Assembly: GCA_030390025.1 (NCBI GenBank)
Contig: CM059438.1
Location: 60,700,001 to 60,764,000, forward strand
DNA length: 64,000 bases
Source: Squalus acanthias
Taxonomy: Eukaryota
Direction of reading: 5' to 3'
The notes under the pieces were generated by a model. The model was not told the origin of the DNA and did not search any database. It saw only the letters and a list, made by a program, of their open reading frames with translations. Below, one piece after another: positions 49,273-64,000 of this stretch (position 1 is its first letter; each line of letters opens with the position of its first letter). Both the position numbers and the translations under genes were made by a program.

Positions 49273-51399
49273 TTGCAGAGGGTAGGAGTCTTTCATTTCC
49301 ACAAGCAAATTCAACGAGAAATCATTCTGAAAAAGAGATTAGGAGCGCGGATATTGGCCAGCAACATTCAGCAAATTGCTTTGATGCATAATGATTGACA
49401 GCATTTAAAGCATGCTAAAGCTCAGCAAAGGCCATTCCAGAACAAATGAACCACTCCCGACTTCGTACTGAAACTTTTCCACTCAATATAGTGGATCCGG
49501 TACACTGCACACGAATCTGCTGCCTGTGATTGAAGTACATTGCGTTGCATTCCCTGCCTTAGGGTATGGTTAATATAGTAAAGGGCTCTCTACAAGGAGC
49601 TTTTAAACTGGGGATAACTTCAATCCTTAGGCCAGGAATGTCCCAACGTTTGTCTTTGTGGGCTGCATAAGCACATATTATGGTGCTGCAGAGGCCACAC
49701 GTATAGTTTAAATCCACGTTCCCACTAACTTGCATATATCTCAAGTTACTGATACCCAACAGATCTAAGTGTTCTGATTTAGAATTAGTCCACCAGCGAT
49801 GCAACAGCACTAAAAATAGCCATTTCTGAAGACACAAAATTCAAACAGAGCAAACTCGCAAATAAGAAATAAGCACAAAAAGAACTGAGGTCAGATTACC
49901 CAAGGCAGCAGGGGGGGCGGGGGCACGTGTTGGACACCCCTGCCTTAGGGAGTTGTCAATGGAATAACTCCTTTCAGCTAAACCTGCACTAATGGGCTGC
50001 CAATGAGAAGTCATTGGAGGATTGGTGGGCCACGGGGGTCATACAGAAAGACACAGTGGCTGAGGAGAGACTAAAGAATGAACAAAGAAGCAAGGGCAGT
50101 GTCCATGGCTAAATGCACTGGGTAGAGTGGTATTAAACCATACATGGCAGGAAAGTCCTGGGTTCAATCTCCAGTCTGCACTGAGTTGGTTGGCTTCAGC
50201 TAGAACAGAGATGGAGGCATACAAATGGTCTCAGCTCCTCAAGACCAGAGAGGGGAAAATATTAATCACAAGTCTGTAACCACCCCCCTACTTAGCTGTG
50301 ACACCGCACACCACCATCCCCATCTCAATTACACATCAACACTCGCTAATCTGCCTCACAAAGAATGTCCATTGGATGAAGCACCATGGCAATGCTGCTA
50401 TCATCCACAAAACCAGATCCCAATTTGAATCACTATCTTCAAGAGAGGAAGAATAAAAGGGAGAAACAGTGAAGATTGAAGGAAGTAACAAATGAAATAA
50501 TCTACAGGCTACTGAAACTCCTGTGAAAATTATTGCCAAAATAGAAGTAGCAGATGAGTCACTTTTTGGAAGAGGTGTAAAGAAGTAAACAAGCAGTAGT
50601 AGTTTTATTTTAACTATGTTTAAACTTCATGGCCTTTCACAATGGTCCAGGGCCTCCTAAACATTGTGCAACACACAAACAAACCAAATGAGTTTTCTCA
50701 TTTGAAGCTTTTAATGTCACATCCCAGACAGGATCGTCTGCCAGAAATTAGCATGTGAGGGAATAGACCATAATTGTCCACGCAGAGATTCGAGCACACA
50801 TTGTGAACTGTTCTGGCTGCCTCAGTAGAAAGGTTGACGGTCCCTGCAGCTTTGGAAAACCATGCAAGTGGGGTGTAGCTAACCCAAATGGCCAGTGTAT
50901 CATCGCACGACTATCAGAGTTTATCGGCATGAAGTGAAACACAGAATCACAGTTATCAGGCATGAACAATTCTGCACAATGCACCTGATAACCAACATAA
51001 CCTGCATGGTATTGTTATCAGGTATCACTGTGCAGAAACACGGTGCCACTCCAATCGTATAAATTATTTCTGCTGATATATTTGACAAAGGCAGTAAGTA
51101 TCTTATCTTCAGTTATTTTGTGGTTTATGATGAGACATTAAGCCCCCGTCTGCCTGTTGAGGTCGACATAAAAGTTCCTGTGGCACGATTCAAAGAGCAG
51201 GGAATTCTCCTGGTGCCCTGATCAACAATGGCCAGAGTAAAAGGACAAGCCAGAAATTATCGGTCAGCTTCCCTTACCTCCCTTCCCTTGTGGGTTATGC
51301 CTCTGCGAAGCGCTTTCGAACAATTTTCTACTTTAAAGGCACTATATAAAGGCAATTTGTCACTGTTGTAAACTTTGTGTCCAAAATACGAGATGAAAA

Positions 51400-52560
51400 T
51401 AGTGGCACTTAAAAAGGGCTAATCGGTGATAATCAGCATGGATTTGTAAAGGGCATGCTTGCTTGAATAGAAAGAAAAGACTTGCATTTATATAGCACCT
51501 TGTGACCTCAGGACTTCCCAAAGCGCTTTACAGCCAATGAAATACTTTTGCAGTGTAGTCACTGTTGCAAGGTAGAAAATGTAGAATAATTAAATCGAGG
51601 CAATCAGAAACATGTAAATAAAGGGATTGTGGTGGATACTGTATGTATGCATTTTCGGGGTAAATTTGATAAGCCAGCACAATAGAAACCTGTTGCAAAA
51701 TGAAGGCAATAATAGTATAAAGGGGATAGCAAGATGGCTGGGGGACAGAAAGCAGAGTAGGGTTCAACAGTTTTTTGGATTCGAGATGTAATAATAGTGT
51801 CCCCTAATGATCTGTGCTGGGACATTGACACAAGAGGAATGGAATTGAAGGCTTTTAATGAAAGCCAATCAGGGAGCATGTTAAACGCTGAAAAAGAATG
51901 CAGGAAATTTCAGGAGAATGTACGGGTTAACTGAGTGGGCTGATAGATGGCAGATGCAGTTCAAATGCGAAGTTGTGTATTTTGGGGGGGGGGGGGGGGG
52001 GGAGGGAAAACACTGAAAGTTAGATTCTTAACAGAAGGTGCGGGGGGGGGGGAGAAAGAGAGATCTCACGCCAGTACATAGATCTTTAAAGTTAGGAGGG
52101 GAGGGAGAAAAGATCATAAAAAGGAAAATGGGATTCTGGGTCTTGTATACAAGGGCATGGAGTAGAAAAAAATGTTTTGAATTTGTATACGACATAGATT
52201 TGGCCACAGCTGGAGTATTGTGTACAGTTCTGAGCTTATTATAGGAATAATATTAGCGACATGGAAAGCATATGGCAGAAATACCAGGAATGAGAGGTTA
52301 TAATGAAGCAGAAAGGTTACAAGAACTGGGGCTTTTTCACGAGAGTAGGGAATGTTAATCTAATAGAGGTTTCAAAATTATGAATTGTTTTGACAGGGTG
52401 CCAGTGGAAGAACTTAGAAGAATTAGATGGGTTACAAGTGACTGGCAGAGACTGAATCATTTAAAAGGAATTAGACAAGTATTTGAAAAGGAAGAACATA
52501 AAAGAATACGGAGAAAGGGCAGGGTAGAAGAATTAGAGTAAGTTACAGAGCTAGCTGTAG
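51400..52560 (+). mobile_element. Old CR1 remnant with a minus-strand SINE tail at ~51470-51575
   Basis: cagcatggatttgt (QHGF), ggccacagctggagtattgtgtacagtt (PQLEYCVQ). Confidence 0.6.
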
Positions 52561-52959
52561 TGAGCTAGGTGTAAAGAGCTTTGGGACTTCCTGAAGTCAT
52601 ATAAATCCAAGTTCTTTCTTTTTTCTATTACATGCTGAATTCTAAAGTAGAGGTAAAAAAAAAAAATCAGGATGATCAGGGGAAAGTAATCTCATTGAAC
52701 GTATTTATTCAATTATGGCTGTCCGTATAGTTCTTGATCCAAGCGCATCAACCAACAAAGAGATGCTCTCTTTTAATAAATTATATTCCAAATTAATCAT
52801 GTTAAAGAGACCCTTGGGATTTCACTTAAAACTACTGCTGGAACTTGAATAAAAGTCAGCACTAACTCATTAGCAAAGCTACAAAGAGCTCTGGGTTCAA
52901 CTCCCAAAACGCAATATTCAGGCTCAAAATGGGAAATCCAGGGCAACCTTTCATTCACC

Positions 52960-53700
52960 AACAGCATTGTTGTTGCACTTATATAGCACTTTTAACATAG
53001 AAACAGATCCCAAGCAAAGCTACCTGGAATTTATTTTTGGTGCGCGGGCCCTTTAACTGGCTGCGCAGCCCATTCAATTTTTCGCGCATGCGCGGTTATA
53101 ACCATTGTAAAGCCGGAGAGCGGCCTGCATGCGACCTCCATACTGCTGCGTGGCTGCACAGCTTAACAGGGACGTTGATTCCCAAGGTATTTCACAAAAG
53201 TGTAATCAGACACAAACAGACACTGAGGCAGAGGAAGAGATATTCGGGTGGGTGACGAACAATTTGGTCAAAGAGGTGGGTTTTATGGAGGGTCTTAAAA
53301 GGATGAGAGGACAGTGGAGGGCAGAAATATTTAGGGAGAGAATTCCAGATTGCAAGGCCTAGATGCCTGAAGGCACGGCTGCCAATGGTAGGGTGGGTGC
53401 ACAACAGACCAGAATCGAAGGAACACACGGTTCTCGGGGGAAGGGTGTAGGGTTGTAGGAGGAGGTTATGGAAATATGGAAGGGTGAGGCCATGAAAGGA
53501 TAGAAACACGAGAATGACAATTTTAAATTTGAGGCATTGGTGGACTGGAAGCCAATGTAAGCCAGGGAGAACAGTGTTGATGGGTGAGCGGAGCCTGGTT
53601 CAGGCTAGGCTACGAACAACAAATCTTGAGGAGCTGAAGTTTATGAAGGGTGGAGAATGGGAGGCCGGCCAGCCAGCAGATCATTGGAATAGTCGATCCT
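52960..53700 (-). mobile_element. Diverged L2 3' end with a GC-rich insert at ~53035-53180
   Basis: IGSRAFRHLGLAIWNSLP and L2 tail on the minus strand. Confidence 0.7.
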
Positions 53701-56700
53701 GGAGCTGACAGGATTTTACAGGATCATCTATGTCTGCCTTAAAGATCGGAGATTTATTACCCCCACGCCCCCAAAACGGCTTATTTAAAAACCAAATCAA
53801 AATTCTCAGTAAAACAAAAGATAACAGATAATCGCATTGTTGCCTTGTAATTCACTGCCACTCATACTGCTCTGTTCATAAGTCACACAACTTTTTATTT
53901 AACTTGCAGTCACACTCTCAAACTCTTTTTGCTACCTGTGTGATTCAGGCGATACAAGAGGGTCAGCTGTAGATCCGTCACAAGATTGGTATCACTGCGA
54001 TACCAGACGTTTTGTACTGGAACAAGATATTACATTCGATCCAACTGCCTGGCACATCAACCTCCACCTGTTGTCACACACGCACCCACTGGAAAACTCA
54101 TTTACCAGAATTTCTCAAAGAAATTTTTGCCTTTACACATTGCAAATGTGAGGAAAACAACACCCATCACTTATTATAATACAGAAAACACATCTTACAT
54201 TTCACCCAATAGCACGATGATTTTCACCAGTTACAGAAAAGCTGCTATTAAAATGCACTTTAAGCTCCTGTTTCGGTCTTCGACCCCCTCTCTGATTCTT
54301 CCACCCTCCATCTGCTGCCCCCAAACGTGCTGCCCTTTTCCCCTGAAGGTAGTGGCTCACGCTTGTTGCAGTTCCTTAAGTCTTGAACACCTGTGTAAGC
54401 CTAAACAGTGAGTGTTTGCAGACTATTCTACTGGTCATCAGAGCCATGCTCCGAACACTTTCCAGCAGCGATCAGCTGGATAGCAGTCAGGTGCAGGATC
54501 CCAGGTGGTTTCTCCCACCCTTCCGAGTATGAGGACATGGTGACTAACTATCGTGCTCCACCACTGCCCTTAGATTGACTAACTCAGCACACACCGGGTA
54601 TTGTTTTAAAAAGCTCCTGATGACTGCTCACGCCGTGCAGCACTTGGCTGTGCAATAGCACGGATGCCGTGCCATGTGGGGCTGTTTTTAAATTCCTCAC
54701 TTAGTTACAATTTAGCAATAAGAGAGCGTTCTGTGGAAATTAATCATTTAAATACAAACAAAAGGGTAGTTATTGAAAGCACACGGCCTTAAACTGCACC
54801 TTAAGATCTGCCAGTGCTGCATTGAAGGTCTTGCAGTAAATGAGATGTCTGTGAGGTACTTCCACCCGAGCTTTCTCTGCCTCATGTTGCCAATTTACTC
54901 CTGCTGGGATATGATCCACAAGTGTTGAGTGCCCTCCAGGATCTCCACCAAGTGGCCATTCCATGAAAATCTAGACAGTGAATACTGGCGTGCCATTGAA
55001 CCTTGAGGGGCACAAGAGCCGAGCCCAACTTCTGTTCACTCCACACACACACACCGACAATCTCCCAGGAGATTACATGGCTGCAGGGGTGGGTGGGAGA
55101 GAAGAAGTGGTTAGTCATGATGGTGCAGCCATCATGGTGTGGGGAAGGCTTGATGGACCAGCTGATTATTCCCTTCCCTTCAATTTTGGATGTTCAAAAT
55201 ACCCCTCCCGCCACCTTGGTTGAGATCAACTAGCTCCGCAAAGACCAGGAGTCAAAACTGGAACCATCTGGTCTCTTATGTCTGAGTTACACACTATCTT
55301 TGCCACTTGGGGAGCTCCTCCTAAGCTTTCATGAAATCATGCAACGCCAGCTTTTTCCATTGCTTGACTGAGGACCCAATTCCACATAACACTGGTCGCT
55401 TGTGATAAACAAAGTGCTCATTTTTCACAGGCCCAATCGTCAGCTGAACAAGGTTGCATCACATGTAGCACAACACCGTTACTGTCCAAAAATGGGAATC
55501 TCTCATTTCCCCAACAGCATGAACGCAGTGGCCTCGATAACAGGAGTGGCAGAGAATGGTCCATTAACTTTTACAAGGGCTGTAACAAAGTAAAGAAGCA
55601 AAGACTAATGTAAAAGAATTATCCATGCATAATCATCCATTCATAGAAAGTTTCTGTCCGACAAATGCATTCAGAACACCCTCTGTGACAGTGCATTACG
55701 GGTCTAAGAACCTTTCAACTCCAGGACTGGAATGACCCGAGTATAACATACAGCCTTTTCCACCTCTTGTCTGTGTTTAGAAACTCCTTTTACAGACTAT
55801 ATAACCCATCAATTGCCTCGATATGAAAGTAGTTAGGGTAGGAGGGTATAAGCTTTTTGTCTCCTAAGACTGTTCAAGTGCACATCATGGAGTCTTTTGG
55901 GCCCCATAAAAAAGTTTAAATCAATAATTAGTGGATCTCTCACGCCGCAGATATGAACAGCTTTTGATGTTTTGATTTAAGTTTTGGAAGAATTCCACCA
56001 ATAAAGCCTTGCAGACCTCCAAGTCTATAAAGTGCAAACAGGACAAACCAGCAAATAATATAAATGTAAATAGAATGGAGTTGCCTTGGGCCATGGGCTG
56101 TAATCTGGGCAGTCCCGAGCTAGAATATATGAACTCTTAGCCTCCAGCTCTTACCGTTTCCCACATTTGTTATGATCAGTTTTATAAAACTGAAGGGTCC
56201 CAACCAAAATTTCACTCCCATCTTCCTCTTTCATACGCAGACTACGTACTGCAAGCACTTTGTTTCTGAAACTTGGCTGCGTCAAAGCTGTTGTTGAGAC
56301 AACAGAGGCAGTGTACGAGGTGCTGCTCAGCTTATGTACAATACATCGGGACTCATCAAAACAACAGAAGCGGAGCACTGCCTATCGGAACCAAGGTACT
56401 GGCGCACGGGAAGCAAGTAAATGCACGCGATTTCCTAACTTTAGAAGTATATAATTTAAAGTTCCAATCACAATATGCCCTGATTACATCAGTGGGTAGT
56501 GCAGGCCAACGCTGTTGCTGTAAATTGCACGCATTGCTCAAATTAAATAGCTAAACAAAAGTGGGTATGGAGTTACACTATGTTTATAATTTCACAGCAG
56601 AAACCCTGCAATTTTCACAGGAGCTCTGAAGCTTATGCGCACCTGAAAACTATTACATCATGTGCATGGGTACAAGGTGCCAATTATGGCGATCTCCACA

Positions 56701-58400
56701 CTCCCTGGCACACCAAAAACGTTCTTGCTGACTAACCCAGTTGAAAGACATGAGTTATGGTTCAATGTAATCGATTGCCAGGCTAGTTTAAGAACAAAGT
56801 ATTTATTAAACAAATAACAAACAAGTACACAGCAGTAAAGCCTAGATATTGAACAGGTCACCGCTCACTGAAGGCGCTGCACAATACAGGGATCTTTGTC
56901 TGCCATGAACTCGCATCAATTAAACTCACTGAATGCTGCGCTCACAGGATTAAATAATGCTCGACCTATCCTGCAACATTCTCAGAACTTCCTCATCAGC
57001 ACAACACAGTGTTTGGAAGGTGCAGGTGAGCTATCCTCGGAGACATTTGCTCGTCTCAGTTGCATCTGTGACAGGCAAGAACGCTCATCATTTTGCCCTT
57101 GAATACTTTAAGCTAATACTTTTAAAACACAGCAGCAGTGCGACTTGAGAAAGTACCTGTAGAAAAGGAGTCAGTGATTAAAGTGCATACAGTCCAAAAA
57201 AAGACAAACCTGGCTGTGTCCAAGCTGAACTTAGTCTGGAAATAGACAGTGTCTCACTGTAGTTTTATTTCAGACTCCTGAATCGGACTGAATTAGGAAC
57301 TGTGTTTAACTCCCGAACAAAGATCCGATTGTTTATTTCCACCTGGGTGATTGGTCAGCTCATCCACCAATCAGCCTGGTCCATTACAATGACTGAGCAC
57401 AACTCTCAGATTCCATCCACTCACAAGCCCACGCAAATCTGCCAACACACAACATTCAATTAAAGCACCACAAGCAGATTTCAATCAAGAATGCAGCTCA
57501 GTCAACCAGCTATTATTTGAGAAATTCAAATGTCCCAGTTCTTCAGAACTTATGAAACAATCGAGCCTTTACAGCACAAAATAAATCAGGTCTACCTGTG
57601 GATAGAAATTTAAACAAGTGCAGATACAAGTCTGCTGCTATTAACTGTATCTTGGCATGTGACTGAAGCAAGTGTCTCAGGATTGCAGCCTCGTGTTATC
57701 CCTACGTGTCAGCATTTTATTGCTCACACTGTAAAGAATGAGTAAAAATACAGCCACGAGCTTCCCCACCTCGTGGATGCACTGCAGTGTGGAACTGAAA
57801 GTTGCACAGGAAGGACCCAATGTTCGATCCTTGGTCTGTGCGGAGTCCTCAATCTCAGTGGGGGAAGCAGTTAGGGATGTTATAAATGGGCCACAGTCGT
57901 CTTGGCTAAGGAGAGGAAAAGCAGCAGAGGTTCTCATTCCTCATCAGTCATTATCCAGTGACCCCCCCGCCCCACCCCCACCCAGAAAGTGGACTTTGAA
58001 TGAGGATCGGGTTGAACTTGGCTGGACGTTCCCCCATTGGTTGCCACTCAGCCCCAATCTCAAAAACACCCCTACTTCACCAGTGTGACATTTCCATTTT
58101 CAGCTTTCCTTATAGCCTAAGTGAGCCTGACAAAGTATTGGCAAATCTTCAGCAGTTAGGTGCTCTGTGCCCTGGGAATAATAGCCCCAATCTCACTTCA
58201 CACAGAACTCATACGTTTAGCAGTCTGTGCTCGATTCAAACCCAGGTGAAAAGATAAGGTGCAATTTACTGCACCACCCAGTCCCATAATTATAGTCATA
58301 ATAATTACCAAAGTGAAGAGAGATGGAGTAGCATTTAAATGTAGCTTCTTTTTTTGCAAAAGTGACTGTGCAATTATGATGCAAGTTGCAACTTCTCCAG

Positions 58401-61400
58401 CACACTAAAACACTCTGCTCACAGACACTGAACACACACTGGTGTCACACTAAAACACGCTGCTCACAGACACTGAACACACGCTGGTGTCACACTAAAA
58501 CACTCTGCTCACAGACACTGAACACACACTGGTGTCACACTAAAACACGCTGCTCACAGACACTGAGCACACGCTGGTGTCACACTAAAACACTCTGCTC
58601 ACAGACTGAACACACACTGGTGTCACACTAAAACACGCTGCTCACAGAAACTGAGCATAAACTGGTGTCACACTAAAACACTGCTCACAGACTGAACACA
58701 CGCTGGTGTCACACTAAAACACTCTGCTCACAGACACTGAACACACACTGGCGTCACACTAAAACACGCTGCTCACAGACACTGAACACACTGGCGTCAC
58801 ACTAAAACACGCTGCTCACAGACACTGAACACACACTGGTGTCACACAAACATGCTGCTCACAGACACTGAGCACACGCTGGGGTCACACTAAAACACTC
58901 TGCTCACAGACACTGGACACACATTGGTGTCACACTAAAACACTCTGCTCACAGACACTGAACACACGCTGGTGTCACACTAAAACACTCTGCTCACAGA
59001 CACTGAACACACGCTGGTGTCACACTAAAACACTCTGCTCACAGACTGAGCACACACTGGCGTCACACTAAAACACTCTGCTCACAGACACTGAACACAC
59101 GCTGGTGTCACACTAAAACACTGCTCAGACACTGAACACACACTGGTGTCACACAAAAACTCTGCTCAAAGACTGTGCACACGCTGGTGTCACACTAAAA
59201 CACTCTGCTCAAAGACTGTGCACACGCTGGTGTCACACTAAAACACTCTGCTCACAGACACTGGACACACGCTGGTGTCACACTAAAACACTGCTCACAG
59301 ACACTGAACACACGCTGGTGTCACACTAAAACACTCTGCTCAAAGACTGTGCACACGCTGGTGTCACACTAAAACACTCTGCTCACAGACACTGAACACA
59401 CGCTGGTGTCACACTAAAACACTCTGCTCACAGACTGAGCACACACTGGCGTCACACTAAAACACGCTGCTCACAGACACTGAACACACGCTGGTGTCAC
59501 ACTAAAACACTCTGCTCACAGACACTGAACACACACTGGTGTCACACGAAAACACGCTGCTCACAGACACTGAGCACACGCTGGTGTCACACTAAAACAC
59601 TCTGCTCACAGACACTGAACACACACTGGTGTCACACTAAAACACGCTGCTCGCGGAAACTGAGCATTAACTGGTGTCACACTAAAACACTGCTCACAGA
59701 CTGAGCACACACTGGTGTCACACAAACATGCTGCTCACAGACACTGAGCACACGCTGGGGTCACACGAAAACACTCTGCTCACAGGCACTGGACACACAC
59801 TGGTGTCACACTAAAACACTCTGCTCACAGACTGAGTACACACTGGTGCCACACTAAAACACTCTGCTCACAGACACTGGACACACACTGGTGTCACACT
59901 AAAACACTCTGCTCACAGACTGAGCACACACTGGCGTCACACTAAAACACTCTGCTCACAGACACTGAACACACGCTGGTGTCACACTAAAACACTGCTC
60001 AGACACTGAACACACACTGGTGTCACACAAACACTCTGCTCACAGACACTGAACACACGCTGGTGTCACACTAAAACACTCTGCTCAAAGACTGTGCACA
60101 CGCTGGTGTCACACTAAAACACTCTGCTCAAAGACTGTGCACACACTGGTGTCACACTAAAACACTCTGCTCACAGACACTGGACACACGCTCGTGTCAC
60201 ACTAAAACACTGCTCACAGACACTGAACACACGCTGGTGTCACACTAAAACGCTGCTCAGACACTGAACACACGCTGGTGTCACACTAAAACACTGCTCA
60301 CAGATACTGAACACACGCTGGTGTCACACTAAAACACTCTGCTCACAGACTGAGCACACACTGGTGTCACACTAAAACACTCTGCTCAGACACTGGACAC
60401 ACACTGGTGTCACACTAAAACACTCTGCTCACAGACACTGGACACACACTGGTGTCACACTAAAACACTCTGCTCACAGACACTGAACACACGCTGGTGT
60501 CACACTAAAACACTCTGCTCACAGACTGAGCACACACTGGTGTCACACTAAAACACTCTGCTCAGACACTGAGCACACACTGGCGTCACACTAAAACACT
60601 CTGCTCACAGACACTGGACACACACTGGTGTCACACTAAAACACTGCTCACAGACACTGAGCACACACTGGTGTCACACTAAAACACTGCTCACAGACAC
60701 TGAGCACACACTGGTGTCACACTAAAACACTGCTCACAGACACTGAGCACACACTGGTGTCACACTAAAACACTCTGCTCACAGACACTGAACACACACT
60801 GGTGTCACACTAAAACACTGCTCACAGACACTGAGCACACACTGGTGTCACACTAAAACACTGCTCACAGACACTGAGCACACACTGGTGTCACACTAAA
60901 ACACTCTGCTCACAGACTGAGCACACACTGGTGTCACACTAAAACACTCTGCTCACAGACTGAGCACACACTGGTGTCACACTAAAACACTCTGCTCACA
61001 GACTGAGCACACACTGGTGTCACACTAAAACACTCTGCTCACAGACACTGGACACACGCTGGTGTCACACTAAAACACTCTGCTCACAGACACTGAACAC
61101 ACGCTGGTGTCACACTAAAACACACTGCTCACAGACACTGAGCACACGCTGGTGTCACACTAAAACACTGCTCACAGACACTGAGCACACGCTGGTGTCA
61201 CACAAACACTGCTCACAGACACTGGACACGCTGGTGTCACACTAAAACACTCGGCTCACAGACACTGAGCACACGCTGGTGTCACACTAAAACACTCTGC
61301 GCACAGACACTGAACACACGCTGGTGTCACACTAAAACACTCTGCTCACAGACTGAGCACACACTGGCGTCACACTAAAACACTCTGCTCACAGACTGAG

Positions 61401-63703
61401 CACACACTGGTGTCACACTAAAACACTCTGCTCACAGACACTGAACACACACTGGTGTCACACTAAAACACTCTGCTCACAGACTGAGCACACACTGGTG
61501 TCACACTAAAACACTCTGCTCACAGACTGAGCACACACTGGTGTCACACTAAAACACTCTGCTCACAGACACTGAGCACACGCTGGTGTCACACTAAAAC
61601 ACTGCTCACAGACACTGAACACACGCTGGTGTCACACTAAAACACTGCTCACAGACACTGAGCACACACTGGTGTCACACTAAAACACTCTGCTCAAAGA
61701 CTGTGCACACACTGATGTCACACTAAAACACTCTGCTCACAGACTGAACACACGCTGGTGTCACACTAAAACACTCTGCTCACAGACACTGAACACACGC
61801 TGGTGTCACACTAAAACACTCTGCTCACAGACTGAGCACACGCTGGGGTCACACTAAAACACTCTGCTGACAGGCACTGGACACACACTGGTGTCACACT
61901 AAAACACTGCTCACAGACTGAGTACACACTGGTGCCACACTAAAACACTCTGCTCACAGACTGAGCACACACTGGCGTCACACAAAAACACTCTGCTCAC
62001 AGACTGAGCACACACTGGTGTCACACTAAAACACACTGCTCACAGACACTGAGCACACGCTGGTGTCACACTAAAACACTGCTCACAGACACTGAACACA
62101 CACTGGTGTCACACTAAAACACTGCTCACAGACACTGAACACACACTGGTGTCACACTAAAACACTCTGCTCACAGACTGAGCACACACTGGTGTCACAC
62201 TAAAACACTCTGCTCACAGACACTGAGCACACGCTGGTGTCACACTAAAACACTGCTCACAGACACTGAGCACACACTGGTGTCACACTAAAACACTCTG
62301 CTCACAGACACTGGACACACGCTGGTGTCACACAAACACTCTGCTCACAGACACTGAACACACGCTGGTGTCACACAAACACTCTGCTCACAGACACTGA
62401 ACACACGCTGGTGTCACACTAAAACACTCTGCTCAAAGACTGTGCACACACTGGTGTCACACTAAAACACTCTGCTCACAGACTGAGCACACACTGGTGT
62501 CACACTAAAACACGCTGCTCACAGACACTGAACACACGCTGGTGTCACACTAAAACACTCTGCTCACAGACACTGAACACACGCTGGTGTCACACTAAAA
62601 CACTCTGCTCACAGACTGAGCACACACTGGCGTCACACTAAAACACGCTGCTCACAGACACTGAACACACACTGGTGTCACACAAACACGCTGCTCACAG
62701 ACACTGAGCACACGCTGGGGTCACACTAAAACACTCTGCTCACAGGCACTGGACACACACTGGTGTCACACTAAAACACTCTGCTCACAGACTGAGTACA
62801 CACTGGTGCCACACTAAAACACTCTGCTCACAGACTGAGCACACACTGGCGTCACACAAAAACACTCTGCTCAGACACTGGACACACGCTGGTGTCACAC
62901 TAAAACACTCTGCTCACAGACACTGGACACACACTGGTGTCACACTAAAACACTCTGCTCACAGACACTGAACACACGCTGGTGTCACACTAAAACACTC
63001 TGCTCACAGACTGAGCACACACTGGTGTCACACTAAAACACTCTGCTCAGACACTGAGCACACACTGGTGTCACACTAAAACACTCTGCTCACAGACACT
63101 GAGCACACACTGGTGTCACACTAAAACACTCTGCTCACAGACTGAGCACACACTGGTGTCACACTAAAACACTCTGCTCACAGACACTGGACACACGCTG
63201 GTGTCACACTAAAACACTCTGCTCACAGACACTGAACACACGCTGGTGTCACACTAAAACACACTGCTCACAGACACTGAGCACACGCTGGTGTCACACT
63301 AAAACACTGCTCACAGACACTGAGCACACGCTGGTGTCACACAAACACTGCTCACAGACACTGGACACGCTGGTGTCACACTAAAACACTCGGCTCACAG
63401 ACACTGAGCACACACTGGCGTCACACTAAAACTCTCTGCTCACAGACTGAGCACACGCTGGTGTCACACTAAAACACGCTGCTCACAGACACTGAACACA
63501 CACTGGTGTCACACTAAAACACTCTGCTCACAGACACTGAACACACACTGGTGTCACACTAAAACACTCTGCTCACAGACACTGAGCACACGCTGGTGTC
63601 ACACTAAAACACTCTGCTCACAGACTGAGCACACACTGGTGTCACACTAAAACACTGCTCACAGACACTGAGCACACGCTGGTGTCACACTAAAACACTC
63701 TGC
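58401..63703. repeat. Minisatellite/satellite array, 45-bp unit with shorter (mostly 43-bp) variants, roughly 120 copies
   Basis: Unit CACACTAAAACACTCTGCTCACAGACACTGAACACACACTGGTGT repeated head to tail, with no unique spacers. Confidence 0.98.
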
Positions 63704-64000
63704 CTAAAGTGGAAAGCACGTTAACACAGACAGCAGCTCCACGTCAGACTTTCGTGAAACACAAACACACTCACCTAAATTGTGAATGCTTTGTCAGAGG
63801 ACGAATCAGCAACCACATAATGACCAAACTTCCTTAAATGCTCCGTTCAGAAATAGTGATGTGTACACACACAGTAAGTTAAAAGGTAACTGTACAAATG
63901 CAGAAAAATATTATAGCCTGTACTTATCACTGAAGATCTACAAAAACACACTCAGTGTGGTCCAATATACCAACAGCAATTTGTATTTATATAGCGCCTT

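Noticed and set aside
58401..63703. CRISPR array or repetitive protein (HTKTLCSQTLNTHWC)n
   Set aside because: No unique spacers or cas genes, eukaryotic context, and frequent 2-nt indels break every frame

Overview
Eukaryotic, repeat-rich vertebrate DNA; the repeat content (Deu-domain tRNA-SINEs, CR1, L2, RTE, Penelope-like elements) suggests a cartilaginous fish (shark). Two protein-coding genes can be rebuilt with exact splice sites, convergent as in human. CDC26 (+) has 2 coding exons (4386-4466, 9969-10142; 84 aa). SLC31A1/CTR1 (-) has 4 coding exons (29321-29202, 24044-23972, 20961-20793, 19992-19791; 187 aa); its first exon was not found, so most of 29.4-64 kb is probably intron 1. CDC26 starts at a CpG-rich promoter with ZNF143-type and NRF1 motifs that looks bidirectional. 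The rest is nested retroelements (several with readable target-site duplications), MITEs and a ~5.3-kb 43-45-bp tandem array. The most notable signals are minimal hammerhead-ribozyme motifs in Penelope-like ends and in a 218-bp near-perfect palindromic mini-element, plus a 5'-inverted RTE LINE. I see no CRISPR or prokaryotic-type system. Repeat boundaries without a stated TSD are approximate, and family names come from motif recognition, not database searches.
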